64,000 nt of DNA from a bacterium (GCA_965249485.1 CBDFMG010000005.1:64001-128000), one strand, 5' to 3'. Positions 10,438 to 19,964 are shown, counted from the stretch's first letter. The notes: generated from the letters alone by a model not told the origin. Translations and numbers: made by a program.

Positions 10438-10887
10438 TTCAAGAGTCAAGAATTTGATTCAGCTCTTGCCTTACTTTTTTGAGTGTCTTTTTGTGTTTTC
10501 TGGTTCGTATGGAATCCTGGGCATATCCAAGACTCTTTCGTGCATCAGATATTATCCTAGCTGGGTGTTTTTTTGATGATTCCATACCTGTTGTCTATGG
10601 TCTGCCTTGTTTTTGGTTTGAGAAATTTGAGTAACTTTTGTGATTTTCCAGCCTCAGCAAACAATCTACATAGTTCTGGATTACAGTTGTGTTCTGCAAG
10701 AGACTCCCTGTCTGATTTGTTCTGTAACATGTTCTTTGTCTATCTCTGAGATTTCATCAGCATTTATCACACCGTCTAGTTTTTCTCGAACTTCTCGAAG
10801 GGCCTCAAATTCTTCTTCTTCGGCGTTCATTTGAGCCTCTCATTTTCTAGCAATTCTTTTTGGTTTGAGTGTTTGATGTTTTCTAGG
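10155..10887. repeat. ~730-bp direct duplication of 8155-8887
   Basis: Near-identical sequence at an offset of 2000 bp. It covers the header repeat, two ~48-aa ORFs and the 3' end of the pentapeptide gene. Confidence 0.9.
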
Positions 10888-10928
10888 TCAGCTCCACTCA
10901 GATCAGCCTTCCGAAGGCAAGCTCCACC

Positions 10929-10975
10929 GGTTCTGGGGTATTTTGATGATCTGATCACTGTTTTGCACCAGAACA
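10929..10975. mobile_element. 47-bp palindromic IS6-like mini-element
   Basis: GGTTCTGGGGTATTTTGATGATC-T-GATCACTGTTTTGCACCAGAACA, at the point where the second pentapeptide gene copy is cut off. Confidence 0.75.
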
Positions 10976-10995
10976 TTGTAAAACCAATCAGGCAT

Positions 10996-11427
10996 TTAGA
11001 TCAATCCTCGGATATTTGTGAATGGCTGGTAGTTGCAGTTTTTGCAAATCCACAAGTCAAAGGTATCATCAGTCAGTGTCGGATCTTCTCTTTTGATGGT
11101 GTGAAATCCGTATTGATGAGAGCCACACTCAGGGCATCCGTTTTTAGGCCTTATCATTTCAAGTGCTTTGTGAAACGGAATTATTGGTGAGTGTATAAGC
11201 TCGGCTCCGTTTTTTTTGATATCTGCGATGTTGATATATCCCCATTCTGCCATTTCGTCATCGTTGAGATTGGCATATCCAAATGCCTCTTTTGTCTCGA
11301 TGTTCATTTCTGCAATACACCAAACAAAGTTGACAGATGGAATCACCCATATCTGATGGATTAGTTTTTGCTCAAATGGAGTTCCGTCAGTCTCATAGAG
11401 TTTTGGGATTCTGGTTTCAGGACTCAT
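10996..11427 (-). CDS. DUF2958-like protein with C-terminal Zn ribbon
   Basis: IPKLYETDG ... WCIAE ... AFGYANL ... AEWGYINIADI, followed by CPEC and CKNC. Confidence 0.65.
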   Translation of the reverse strand: MSPETRIPKLYETDGTPFEQKLIHQIWVIPSVNFVWCIAEMNIETKEAFGYANLNDDEMAEWGYINIADIKKNGAELIHSPIIPFHKALEMIRPKNGCPECGSHQYGFHTIKREDPTLTDDTFDLWICKNCNYQPFTNIRGLI

Positions 11428-12014
11428 TGTGTGATCTCTTTGAATTTCTCAAAGTCTGGAATGTGGTCTTTCATGCCGTTTTCCTCCATGTTATGTCCAT
11501 AGAATCCATCGCAAGAATCCACGTATTCTTTGTGCTCGTGATTCATGTCACATTTTGATATTTTGGATATTACAAATCCATAAACATCACCTTGCAGATA
11601 TTGATCAAAGATTTTGATTTCATCTTTCAGAATTTTTTCTGCTTTCTCTATTATTTTCTTTGAGATTCTTTTGGTGTTGAATTCTTTACATAGTTTCTGT
11701 TTTGTGACGTAGATGAATCCAACCATTGATGAGTCCCATGGGTCATCGTATGGATATACTCTATCCCCACACGTCATGCTGATGTCACTGTGATCATAGA
11801 TGTATAAAGGCAAGCATACTGCCAAATCCTTTTGTTCTATACCTTTTGATTCCATGTATTTTTCCCATGAATCATCTATCTTCTCATCTCCAAGATTGTA
11901 TTGAGAATGAGCATATGCCATGGTTCCAATATTGTCACAGTCTCTTGGTGAGTCTAGGAATTCATCTTGCGTGATTTCAAGCACGGTATCTTTGTATTGT
12001 AGTATTTGTTTCAT
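11424..12014 (-). CDS. Phage/plasmid-type hypothetical protein, first gene of cassette 3
   Basis: SPRDCDNIG, LPLYIYDHS, WDSSMVGFIY, YLQGDVYGF and DSCDGFYG motifs. GGAGGA precedes MKQIL at 12014. Confidence 0.75.
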   Translation of the reverse strand: MKQILQYKDTVLEITQDEFLDSPRDCDNIGTMAYAHSQYNLGDEKIDDSWEKYMESKGIEQKDLAVCLPLYIYDHSDISMTCGDRVYPYDDPWDSSMVGFIYVTKQKLCKEFNTKRISKKIIEKAEKILKDEIKIFDQYLQGDVYGFVISKISKCDMNHEHKEYVDSCDGFYGHNMEENGMKDHIPDFEKFKEITQ

Positions 12015-12037
12015 ATTTTCCTCCTTAAAGGACTGTA

Positions 12038-12332
12038 CCTTTTGCATTAAAGGCCGTATTTTGTAATTTGTTTAGAGTGCTTTTACCTGCACTTGTGTTG
12101 TTTTGTTGAGCCATTGGCATCAACCTCCTATTATTCCAGTGTAACGTCTCTGGCAGTACGATTCCTATGTGAAATTATTTGTAGAATTATCTCTTTGAAA
12201 TATTTCCGGAAAATAATTCCAGGAATTGAAAATCTGTTATGATTTTCTAATCAATCACACACCCATCCGCTGAGTCGGTTCATATAGAATGAATAAAATG
12301 GGTTTGGAGTGATATACTCAGTCAAGAAAAAA
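12038..12332 (-). promoter_or_regulatory. Cassette-header repeat, copy 3 (31-aa leader ORF at 12025-12120)
   Basis: Near-identical to the other copies. Confidence 0.85.
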
Positions 12333-12335
12333 TTG

Positions 12336-12605
12336 TTAGTCTTTGCCGTAGACTGACTTGTGATCACCCACAACAACCAACAAAATAATCTGTTGGGGAT
12401 TAATCACTTTGTAGATTAATCTGTATGAACGATTAATCTCATAGGCAAAATATCCTTTGTATTTTCCTTTTTTTGGAATTCCAACTTTTGTAGGATATTC
12501 TGATTTTGCAAGAGTTATGATTGCATTGTCTGTCTTTTTTTGTAGTTCAGAAGATAGTTTCTTGTAGCTATTTTGAAAAAGTTTTGTTCTTTCTATAAAC
12601 CACAA
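12336..12605 (-). CDS. RelE/ParE/YafQ-superfamily type II toxin
   Basis: ERTKLFQNSYKKL ... YEINRSYRLIYKV ... VVGDHKSVYGKD. Confidence 0.8.
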   Translation of the reverse strand: MWFIERTKLFQNSYKKLSSELQKKTDNAIITLAKSEYPTKVGIPKKGKYKGYFAYEINRSYRLIYKVINPQQIILLVVVGDHKSVYGKD

Positions 12606-12607
12606 GA

Positions 12608-12790
12608 CTATTCAGTTTTATGAAGATCTTCAATTAGTTCTTCAGGCGTGTTAAACATCTTAGGCTTGTCTTTACCTGACTCATACTGTTCAATTGCATA
12701 TTCTTCATCTGGCCAAAGATCCTCATCAGATGCTGCTTGTTTTTGCATATCTTTTGATATAGCCATCTTGCTATTAAGATTGCCCAACAT
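12608..12790 (-). CDS. Putative cognate antitoxin
   Basis: Small acidic ORF directly upstream of the toxin, with a FNTPEELIEDLH tail. Confidence 0.65.
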   Translation of the reverse strand: MLGNLNSKMAISKDMQKQAASDEDLWPDEEYAIEQYESGKDKPKMFNTPEELIEDLHKTE

Positions 12791-12961
12791 CTAACCTCTG
12801 AATCCTTTTGAGTACTTGGTTTCGAATGATGCAGTCTATGGTATTTCCTACGCCCGATGTTTTACCCTGGTTGATTTTGGCATATGCATACTCTGTGGCC
12901 TTTTCTGTAATGGATTCTAGAAGAACCTCAAAATATGGTTCATTCTGAAATAATTGTTTTT

Positions 12962-13387
12962 TTAGGTTTTTTGCTGAGCTTCTTGCAGATTTCTTTTTGC
13001 AAGCTCAAACTCCAACTCTTTTTTTTGGATGTTTTTTTGGTGCAATTTTTTGTGGATTGAAGGTTTTAGTTTTTCTAACTCGTGCATCATTACAGATGTC
13101 AGATCATCTTTGAAGTGCATCCAGGATGCAGGACATTCAGATTCAAAACAATTCATGAATTTCAATGTATCTTCGGGGTCTATAAAATATTCATTGTAGA
13201 ACTGTCTCCTGTTATAATGAGCAATGAATCCACAATGCAGATGAAGATGTTGGTATAGCGCATCTGTAAAGTTGCCCTTTTTGAATCCGGACTTTATGAA
13301 CCTGCACCAGTTTTTGAGAATCTTTTCTTTTTGTTGTTTTGAAAGAAATTTCTCGTCTTTAAAGATTGGATGTTCTATTTCACTCAA
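12962..13387 (-). CDS. Hypothetical protein
   Basis: 141 aa with FTDALYQHLHLHCGFIAHYNR; overlaps the upstream ORF. Confidence 0.7.
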   Translation of the reverse strand: MSEIEHPIFKDEKFLSKQQKEKILKNWCRFIKSGFKKGNFTDALYQHLHLHCGFIAHYNRRQFYNEYFIDPEDTLKFMNCFESECPASWMHFKDDLTSVMMHELEKLKPSIHKKLHQKNIQKKELEFELAKRNLQEAQQKT

Positions 13388-13913
13388 GTTTGAAGATCTC
13401 CTTTATGATGTTTCTGGCTTCTATCAATCCATAAGCTTGAGATTCGTATGGATTGTTCCACTGTTGAGACTCGGGGGCTGCACCTTCCGAAAGTTTGTCA
13501 TCGAATCTTTCAGCTGCATCCTGATTTTTGTTAATAAGTTTTTTCAGTTTGCTGAGACATTTTGCAACTTCTTTTGGGGCTTTGCTGAATCTCCAATAGT
13601 CTCCATCAAAATCCCATGAACCAAGTTTTGGTTTTGACAGTCCATCATATTTCATTGGAGTAAATTTTTTGTCTTGGACTACGGCATAGATTCCAGTTCT
13701 GTTTACAAGATGAAATCCCCTATCCATGTAGAGTTTTCCAGTATATCCTTCAACCTCAGTATAGATTTGTCTAACTAGTGGGGCTTCTTCTAACCATTGG
13801 ACTGCATCAGAGCGTTCTTCAAAAAGTCTGAACTTGTCACTGAATGTCTTTTCAAACTTATTCCAGGTCATTAATTCTGGATAGGTTCCAGCATCTTCTT
13901 TTGAAAGAGTCAT
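13380..13913 (-). CDS. Hypothetical protein
   Basis: 177-aa ORF within the cassette. Confidence 0.65.
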   Translation of the reverse strand: MTLSKEDAGTYPELMTWNKFEKTFSDKFRLFEERSDAVQWLEEAPLVRQIYTEVEGYTGKLYMDRGFHLVNRTGIYAVVQDKKFTPMKYDGLSKPKLGSWDFDGDYWRFSKAPKEVAKCLSKLKKLINKNQDAAERFDDKLSEGAAPESQQWNNPYESQAYGLIEARNIIKEIFKLE

Positions 13914-14067
13914 AATCCTCTTACCTGCTCAGATACAGTTTTTGCAGTTACGCTGTGTTCCTTTGCGAGTTGGAGTAGGTATTGAATCACGACATTCTTT
14001 TGTCGTCCTTTTGGTCTTAGTGTTTCCAATCTTTTGAAATTCTTGTCTGAAACTGTCCAGTATTCCA

Positions 14068-14478
14068 TTAATATCTACACCCTACGAGTAGATACTTTTC
14101 GTCTACATTAGTTTGGATGAATTCTTCAAAAGATCCACTCCAAACAGTTTCTAAACTTTTATATCCTTGTCTCACTGTTGTTTTTTGAGATTCTACATTG
14201 ACTTCAACAAGCCATTCAATATCACCATGTTGGCATGTTCCAATTCCATAGCCTGTGCTTTGATGTCTTTGTTTCTCTGTTTCTGTTTCATCCCATCCTT
14301 CATATTTACCGGCGTCCACCATTGTATCGAAGATTATTCTTGTCAAATATTCTTCGTCATCCCATCTCGCTTTATTTTTTAAAGCAGTTTGAATTTCTTG
14401 TGGTAAGTCATATCCATCCCAATGCTGATAGAGATAAACACCACTGTTTACCATGTGGACTTGAGATCTAGTTCCCAT
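14068..14478 (-). CDS. Phage-type hypothetical protein, first gene of cassette 4
   Basis: MGTRS ... YLYQHWDGY N-terminus; TAATG coupling to the leader ORF. Confidence 0.75.
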   Translation of the reverse strand: MGTRSQVHMVNSGVYLYQHWDGYDLPQEIQTALKNKARWDDEEYLTRIIFDTMVDAGKYEGWDETETEKQRHQSTGYGIGTCQHGDIEWLVEVNVESQKTTVRQGYKSLETVWSGSFEEFIQTNVDEKYLLVGCRY

Positions 14479-14499
14479 TATTCTTCAACTCCTACTGTA

Positions 14500-14793
14500 C
14501 CTTTTGCATTAAAGGCCGTATTTTGTAATTTGTTTAGAGTGCTTTTACCTGCACTTGTGTTGTTTTGTTGAGCCATTGGCATCAACCTCCTATTATTCCA
14601 GTGTAACGTCTCTGGCAGTACGATTCCTATGTGAAATTATTTGTAGAATTATCTCTTTGAAATATTTCCGGAAAATAATTCCAGGAATTGAAAATCTGTT
14701 ATGATTTTCTAATCAATCACACACCCATCCGCTGAGTCGGTCATCAATTGATGAATAAAATGGGTTTGGATCAGTAGACTCAGTCAAGAAAAA
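14500..14793 (-). promoter_or_regulatory. Cassette-header repeat, copy 4 (34-aa leader ORF at 14478-14582)
   Basis: Near-identical to the other copies. Confidence 0.85.
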
Positions 14794-14806
14794 TATTCAG
14801 CTTTAC

Positions 14807-15205
14807 TTATTTAAGCTGCCGAACTTGTGTCTTGAAAAGCCATCGTTTTAAATGATTCAGAGTTTCGTAATCCTCTTCATGCATCTTTTCCATTGGTCTG
14901 TCCAAAATCTTTTTGATGTCGTAGAACTTTGAGAACACATACAGATAGATCTTGTGCCATTGATGAGGAAATGGATTTGAAAAACTCATTGTATGTAGAT
15001 ACACCATTGCCTCATAATCTGTGGCCATTTTATCTGAGACGTCTTTTGTGAATGCAAGTCTGTACAGATTCACCTTTTCAGACATGTCTTTTGTTATGGC
15101 ATCCTCATATCCTGGTGCCGTAATGATTGGTGCCCGAAAGACATAATCTAAATGTTCAATGAATTTTTTTTTTGCCTTCTTTTCAGAATTATTCGACATC
15201 GGCAA
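14807..15205 (-). CDS. Hypothetical protein
   Basis: 132 aa with ATDYEAMVYLHTMS. Confidence 0.65.
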   Translation of the reverse strand: MPMSNNSEKKAKKKFIEHLDYVFRAPIITAPGYEDAITKDMSEKVNLYRLAFTKDVSDKMATDYEAMVYLHTMSFSNPFPHQWHKIYLYVFSKFYDIKKILDRPMEKMHEEDYETLNHLKRWLFKTQVRQLK

Positions 15206-15339
15206 AAAGATAACTCAATATGATGCTACCATATCTTGGACATACGATACGAAATGTATCTGACTTGAATTCTTGGGAGTGCTGCTTATGGCATAGTTGT
15301 TTTTGAGGTCTGACCAGTTATCTGACATTTGTTCTTCCT

Positions 15340-16902
15340 CTAGTAACAGAACAACTCTTCTTTCATCAAGAGTCGCACCTGCTTTGAGCTCATTTCGTTG
15401 AGTTCTGTTGTGCCTATGTTGAGTTCTTTTGTGACCTGTTCTCTGTTTCTTGGAGATGTGTTTTTCCAGTATTGCACAAATCTTTCATGAAGAATTTCTG
15501 CACACTCTTCTATCTTGTACTTCTTGCACGCCTGTTTGTATTCTTCATGTACGTCCTCGTATCTCCCAAAGAATTCTTTGAGAATTTTTTTAAGGCTGTG
15601 TGTCTTGTGGTATTTTTTTGCATCCTCAATTGCACTAAAGTGCCTTATCGCTGAGAGGATGTCTATTCCCCATGCGTCTATATGTACGCCATAGCTGTGT
15701 GGAAGTTTCAATATTTCATCGTCTCTATCATTGCTGCCTAGTTTTGATTTGCCTGCGACAATAATGGAGTACTTGTTCTTTGGTCTGTCATTTTCTGCAA
15801 CGTAAAGACGTAGTTCCATGCAGTCGTCTTTGTATGTCTCTATTGTTTCAAGATGTCTGTCTCCGTGATTGGTGATTTCATCCAGTGGTTTGCAGTCAAG
15901 CTGTTCTTCTTGCATTTTTAGGAAATAGATTGTTCTGTCAAGTGCTGTCTTGGCCTTTGCAAGCTCGTCTGTCTTCTGGTCTGCCTCTTTTTGTGCATCA
16001 TCGATTTTGTTTGCAATCTTTTCAGTCTCCCTGTATTTTTGACTTTCAAGATCATTGATTGTATTGTCGTATCTGTCCTTGATTTCTGCAATCTCTTGTT
16101 CTTTTTGGTCTCTGAATTTTTCTTGTTCTGTTTGTATTGCTTTTATCTCGACTTGGTTTTTACGACATTCTGAAATCATTGCCTCTGCGCTTGCAGGATC
16201 CAGTGGGGTAGATTCACCATCATCTAGTTTGAATCCTCTTCCATATCCCAAGAAGTGATGGCACAGCTGCATTGCCTCATGCCAGTTTTCCATTGTTCCG
16301 TCTGATTGGATGAGGATTTGCTCACCAAGATAGTGTTTTGCAATGACTAGACACACCGTTACTGCCAAGTCGTATGGCTTGTATGCAGTCTTTGTACACT
16401 GGGAATACTTTCCAACCTCGTTTGCAGGATTCTTGTCTCTGGTCCCATCTTGATGTGTGACTACAGAATATTCTCCTTGTGGTTCTAACTCGTATGCGCT
16501 GTCGTCGTATCCGGTCATAGTGGTTTTAAGTTTTTGCTCAAGTGCGAATGTCTCATGAGAGCAGTCTCCTCCACACGCCCTTGTTTGCAATTCAGCTCCT
16601 GCAAACCAGTCTGATTTTGTTATCTCTTCTAGTTGTGTATCTGTGTTATTTTTTGATATTCCAGAAGCTTTGCTGCTTGGCCATGTTATGCCGAGACCTC
16701 TTTTTGGGTGGCCGCACTTTGCCAGTCCGTTGAATCGGATCTCAGTTGGTGAAATTAGCGGATGGTTCTCACCAAGACCGTCTGCGAGAACCACTCCTAG
16801 ATGTTTGAGTGGCGTTATCATCTTTTTAAAGTCTGTTGCAACTTTTGCAAATAACCCTGCATCAAACTCTTTTGCGACGTAATAATAGTGGGTGTATCCC
16901 AT
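15340..16902 (-). CDS. Phage-type hypothetical protein with coiled coil, first gene of cassette 5
   Basis: MGYTHYY ... HETF ... CTKTAYKPYD ... SDG motif set; TAATG coupling to the leader ORF. Confidence 0.8.
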   Translation of the reverse strand: MGYTHYYYVAKEFDAGLFAKVATDFKKMITPLKHLGVVLADGLGENHPLISPTEIRFNGLAKCGHPKRGLGITWPSSKASGISKNNTDTQLEEITKSDWFAGAELQTRACGGDCSHETFALEQKLKTTMTGYDDSAYELEPQGEYSVVTHQDGTRDKNPANEVGKYSQCTKTAYKPYDLAVTVCLVIAKHYLGEQILIQSDGTMENWHEAMQLCHHFLGYGRGFKLDDGESTPLDPASAEAMISECRKNQVEIKAIQTEQEKFRDQKEQEIAEIKDRYDNTINDLESQKYRETEKIANKIDDAQKEADQKTDELAKAKTALDRTIYFLKMQEEQLDCKPLDEITNHGDRHLETIETYKDDCMELRLYVAENDRPKNKYSIIVAGKSKLGSNDRDDEILKLPHSYGVHIDAWGIDILSAIRHFSAIEDAKKYHKTHSLKKILKEFFGRYEDVHEEYKQACKKYKIEECAEILHERFVQYWKNTSPRNREQVTKELNIGTTELNEMSSKQVRLLMKEELFCY

Positions 16903-16926
16903 TAGTATCTATCGCCTTTGTAAGCG

Positions 16927-17385
16927 CCTTTTGCATTAAAGGCCGTATTTTGTGAATTGATTATAGTACTTTCACTTGCACTTGTGTTGTTTTGTTGAGC
17001 CATTGGCATCAACCTCCTATTATTCCAGTGTAACGTCTCTGGCAGTACGATTCCTATGTGAAATTATTTGTAGAATTATCTCTTTGAAATATTTCCGGAA
17101 AATAATTCCAGGAATTGAAAATCTGTTATGATTTTCTAATCAATCACACACCCATCCGCTGAGTCGGTTCATATAGAATGAAAATAATGGGTTTGCCCCC
17201 ATCATCATTACGATTCCTATGTGAAATTATTTGTAGAATTATCTCTTTGAAATATTTCCGGAAAATAATTCCAGGAATTGAAAATCTGTTATGATTTTCT
17301 AATCAATCACACACCCATCCGCTGAGTCGGTTCATATAGAATGAAAATAATGGGTTTGGAGTGATATGCTCAGTCAAGAAAAAAA
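16927..17385 (-). promoter_or_regulatory. Cassette-header repeat, copy 5 (35-aa leader ORF at 16902-17009), plus a tandem half copy at 17209-17385
   Basis: Near-identical to the other copies, with the distal half duplicated. Confidence 0.85.
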
Positions 17386-17599
17386 TGCTTCCGGAAACAC
17401 TCATTTCAAATCACTTGAAATGATCTTAGAAGTTTGGAGATGTTGTTGCATGACATCAAAATTGTTTTGCATGTCACTCTATTTGCCACTTCCAATCATC
17501 TAGATTTTTTTGTATTAAAGTCATGGTTTTCCTCCTAAAACTTCTTGGAGTCTTTTTGTCCTATGTCAAGTGTTGATGCTGGTGTTTTTCCCGGTATGG

Positions 17600-18040
17600 T
17601 CAAGGAACTACCCTCGATATCATTTGTTCTTTTTCACAATTGCATGAATTGTATCTGCTGCCAAGCCAGCTTGTGGCACAAAAGATTACAGTGTTGCATT
17701 TTTTACAATATGCCAGGTATTCTCCAGTCTTTTTGATCCTGATGTATCCAACATCTTTTGGTCTTTTTTCTGAGAAATGTATTCCATCATACCACAACAC
17801 TCCTTCGTATCGTGATACCTGATACACAGCAAATGTGTTCTCAGATATGTATTCTACAAGTCTGTTATCTTCTCTGACTTTGTGGAACTGTGGCAATCTA
17901 TCTATTTCTTGGGAGTTTTGAATGTTCTCAAAATTGCAGACAAATCTACCAACTTCCTCGTTTGTCAGACTATCAAATGACTCTGTGATGTCTTGTTTTT
18001 CTGGAAGTCTTGCTGGAATTAGAATGGTTTTCATCATCAT
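17600..18040 (-). CDS. Hypothetical protein with Cys-rich C-terminus
   Basis: CKKC ... CNC. Confidence 0.55.
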   Translation of the reverse strand: MMMKTILIPARLPEKQDITESFDSLTNEEVGRFVCNFENIQNSQEIDRLPQFHKVREDNRLVEYISENTFAVYQVSRYEGVLWYDGIHFSEKRPKDVGYIRIKKTGEYLAYCKKCNTVIFCATSWLGSRYNSCNCEKEQMISRVVP

Positions 18041-18083
18041 TCCTTACCGTTTGCTTTGAATTGTACTGTACAACGAGTTTCCG

Positions 18084-18818
18084 TTAGTTTGTCATCTCGC
18101 ATAAGAATTTTTGACAGAGTTGTTCTCTGATGGTATGCTGTATTACACTATTTGAAGGAACTGCAAATCCATCCATCTTTTTGATGTTTGCAATTTCTGC
18201 CAGCATTGACTCTCCAAATGATTCAAGCCACATTACGCCGCTCTCAGATACACGTGTGACTATTCTCGGTTTGTTCTCGGATGCAACAGATGACATTCCA
18301 GCTAGTTTGGAAGTTATTCCAGTTGCACGGTATTGTTTTACTCGTCTGGATAGAACTCTATCTGTTTTCACAGCTGCTGCAATGTCTGCTTTTGCAAACT
18401 GCGTCTCGAGGAATTCTGCATCCCATGACTCTACTGGTTTGGTATGAAATCTCTCTCTTGAAATAAGGTATTCACCACAGGAGCAATGTGTGATGTTTGC
18501 CTGTCTTTTCCAATTCTTGCATTTTTTACAGTATGTGGCTTTTTCTGTTTTTATTGAATCTGCATCTACTGATTCAAATTCCAGGGGCATTGAATTGTGG
18601 AATTTCTTTACGGGCATCTTAAAGATGTCTAGTTTGCCGTTTTTCATTACAGCAATTGTTCCCTCTTTGATTCGGAACTGAATCAGTGATTTGTTGGAGC
18701 GATCATATTTTACATGACCTCCGCATCCTTGAGCTTCTAATTCTTGCTCAAGGTATTTTTTCACCAAAAGTGATTTTTGTGTTTTGGATTTTTGTGCTTG
18801 TATTGTTTCACGTTTCAT
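18084..18818 (-). CDS. Hypothetical protein with Zn ribbon
   Basis: 244 aa with CKKC ... CSCG; GAAGGTG lies upstream. Confidence 0.7.
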   Translation of the reverse strand: MKRETIQAQKSKTQKSLLVKKYLEQELEAQGCGGHVKYDRSNKSLIQFRIKEGTIAVMKNGKLDIFKMPVKKFHNSMPLEFESVDADSIKTEKATYCKKCKNWKRQANITHCSCGEYLISRERFHTKPVESWDAEFLETQFAKADIAAAVKTDRVLSRRVKQYRATGITSKLAGMSSVASENKPRIVTRVSESGVMWLESFGESMLAEIANIKKMDGFAVPSNSVIQHTIREQLCQKFLCEMTN

Positions 18819-19505
18819 ATTTTTTCACCTTCCTTTTTCCAACAGCTGCCTGCAATAGGTAGTGATGATTCTATCCGTAGGTATGCGACGTCGTCACCAG
18901 ACACAGCTTACGCTGTACGTTAAAAAAATATCAGATCTGGTGTGCGTGTTTCCTCGTTATCCAATCGGGAATCCACGCTACTGTCTTATCCTTTATCGAT
19001 AAGAACATATGATTTCTATGCGGACGTGTTGTTCTGAACTGTAGTTGTTGCTTTTGGAAAAATTATTTTCTGTAATTATTCATTACAGTTGTTTCACTCA
19101 CCAGCCTTCCAAGTTTCAACATGAATGAAATTTCAGTTGAAGTAACACTTGGTTTGTCAAATAGACTAGGCAAGATTTCAATCTGAATTTTTTCCAAGGA
19201 TAAAATCTTTGGAATAAATTTCAGACTGCGGTCTAATGATCTTTCAATTTTTGAAAGACCCATATCTGACTTTCATTTCTGAAAGCATCTCACATTGTTT
19301 GTGGTTTGTTTGAACCTGTGTCAGTAAAAACAGACTTTGTGATCATTGATGTTATTGAAATTTCTCTTTGTGAGATAGATGCCTTTTGCATCTGTAGCCT
19401 TTCCCACACCGGCCTGCCTGTCAGTGCACAGTTTTCACTATGCATGTTGCCGGGTTTGGAAGGATTGTCAGGTCACATAAAAAAATATTTAGGTTTTTGA
19501 AAAAC

Positions 19506-19964
19506 TCAGTCCTTGTTTTGAAGTATCTTGATTATTGTGTTCTGAGACTCGGCTATTCTTTCCAGAATTTCTTGGTTTTTTTCCAGAATTTTTTGGTTTT
19601 TTTCCAGAATTTTTTGGTTTTTTTCCAGAATTTTTTGGTTTTTTTCCAGAAATTCTTGGTTTTTTTCCAGAAATTCTTGGTCTTGCCTTCCAACCTCGCG
19701 CACTGCCTCCTTTAGGCTTCCGCCGACATCAAACGTTGTCCAGGACATCAACATACCTACAAAGCCTACAATAATAAAGGCTATGCCCTGGTTCAGTAGA
19801 CGCTGATCAACAGTTTGGCTTGTAGCAATCAGGAACACCCCGACTATTATCATGGCCACGAATATGATCTGCTGTCTTCTTATCAGACTGGTTCTTATTT
19901 TGCTTCTTGTGTTTTTGTCTGTCATATTTTTTAGTGCCCTCGCAAGCACCTCTGCCTTTCCCAC
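19506..19964 (-). CDS. Two-TM membrane protein with heptad repeats (paralogue A)
   Basis: C-terminal 21-bp repeats encode QEFLEKN/QKILEKN. Confidence 0.7.
   Translation of the reverse strand: MGKAEVLARALKNMTDKNTRSKIRTSLIRRQQIIFVAMIIVGVFLIATSQTVDQRLLNQGIAFIIVGFVGMLMSWTTFDVGGSLKEAVREVGRQDQEFLEKNQEFLEKNQKILEKNQKILEKNQKILEKNQEILERIAESQNTIIKILQNKD

Noticed and set aside
8142..17385. Integron cassette array with attC sites
   Set aside because: The repeat is ~295 bp, lies upstream of multi-gene cassettes and is not one long imperfect palindrome with RYYYAAC/GTTRRRY ends. No IntI-like tyrosine recombinase is in the window.
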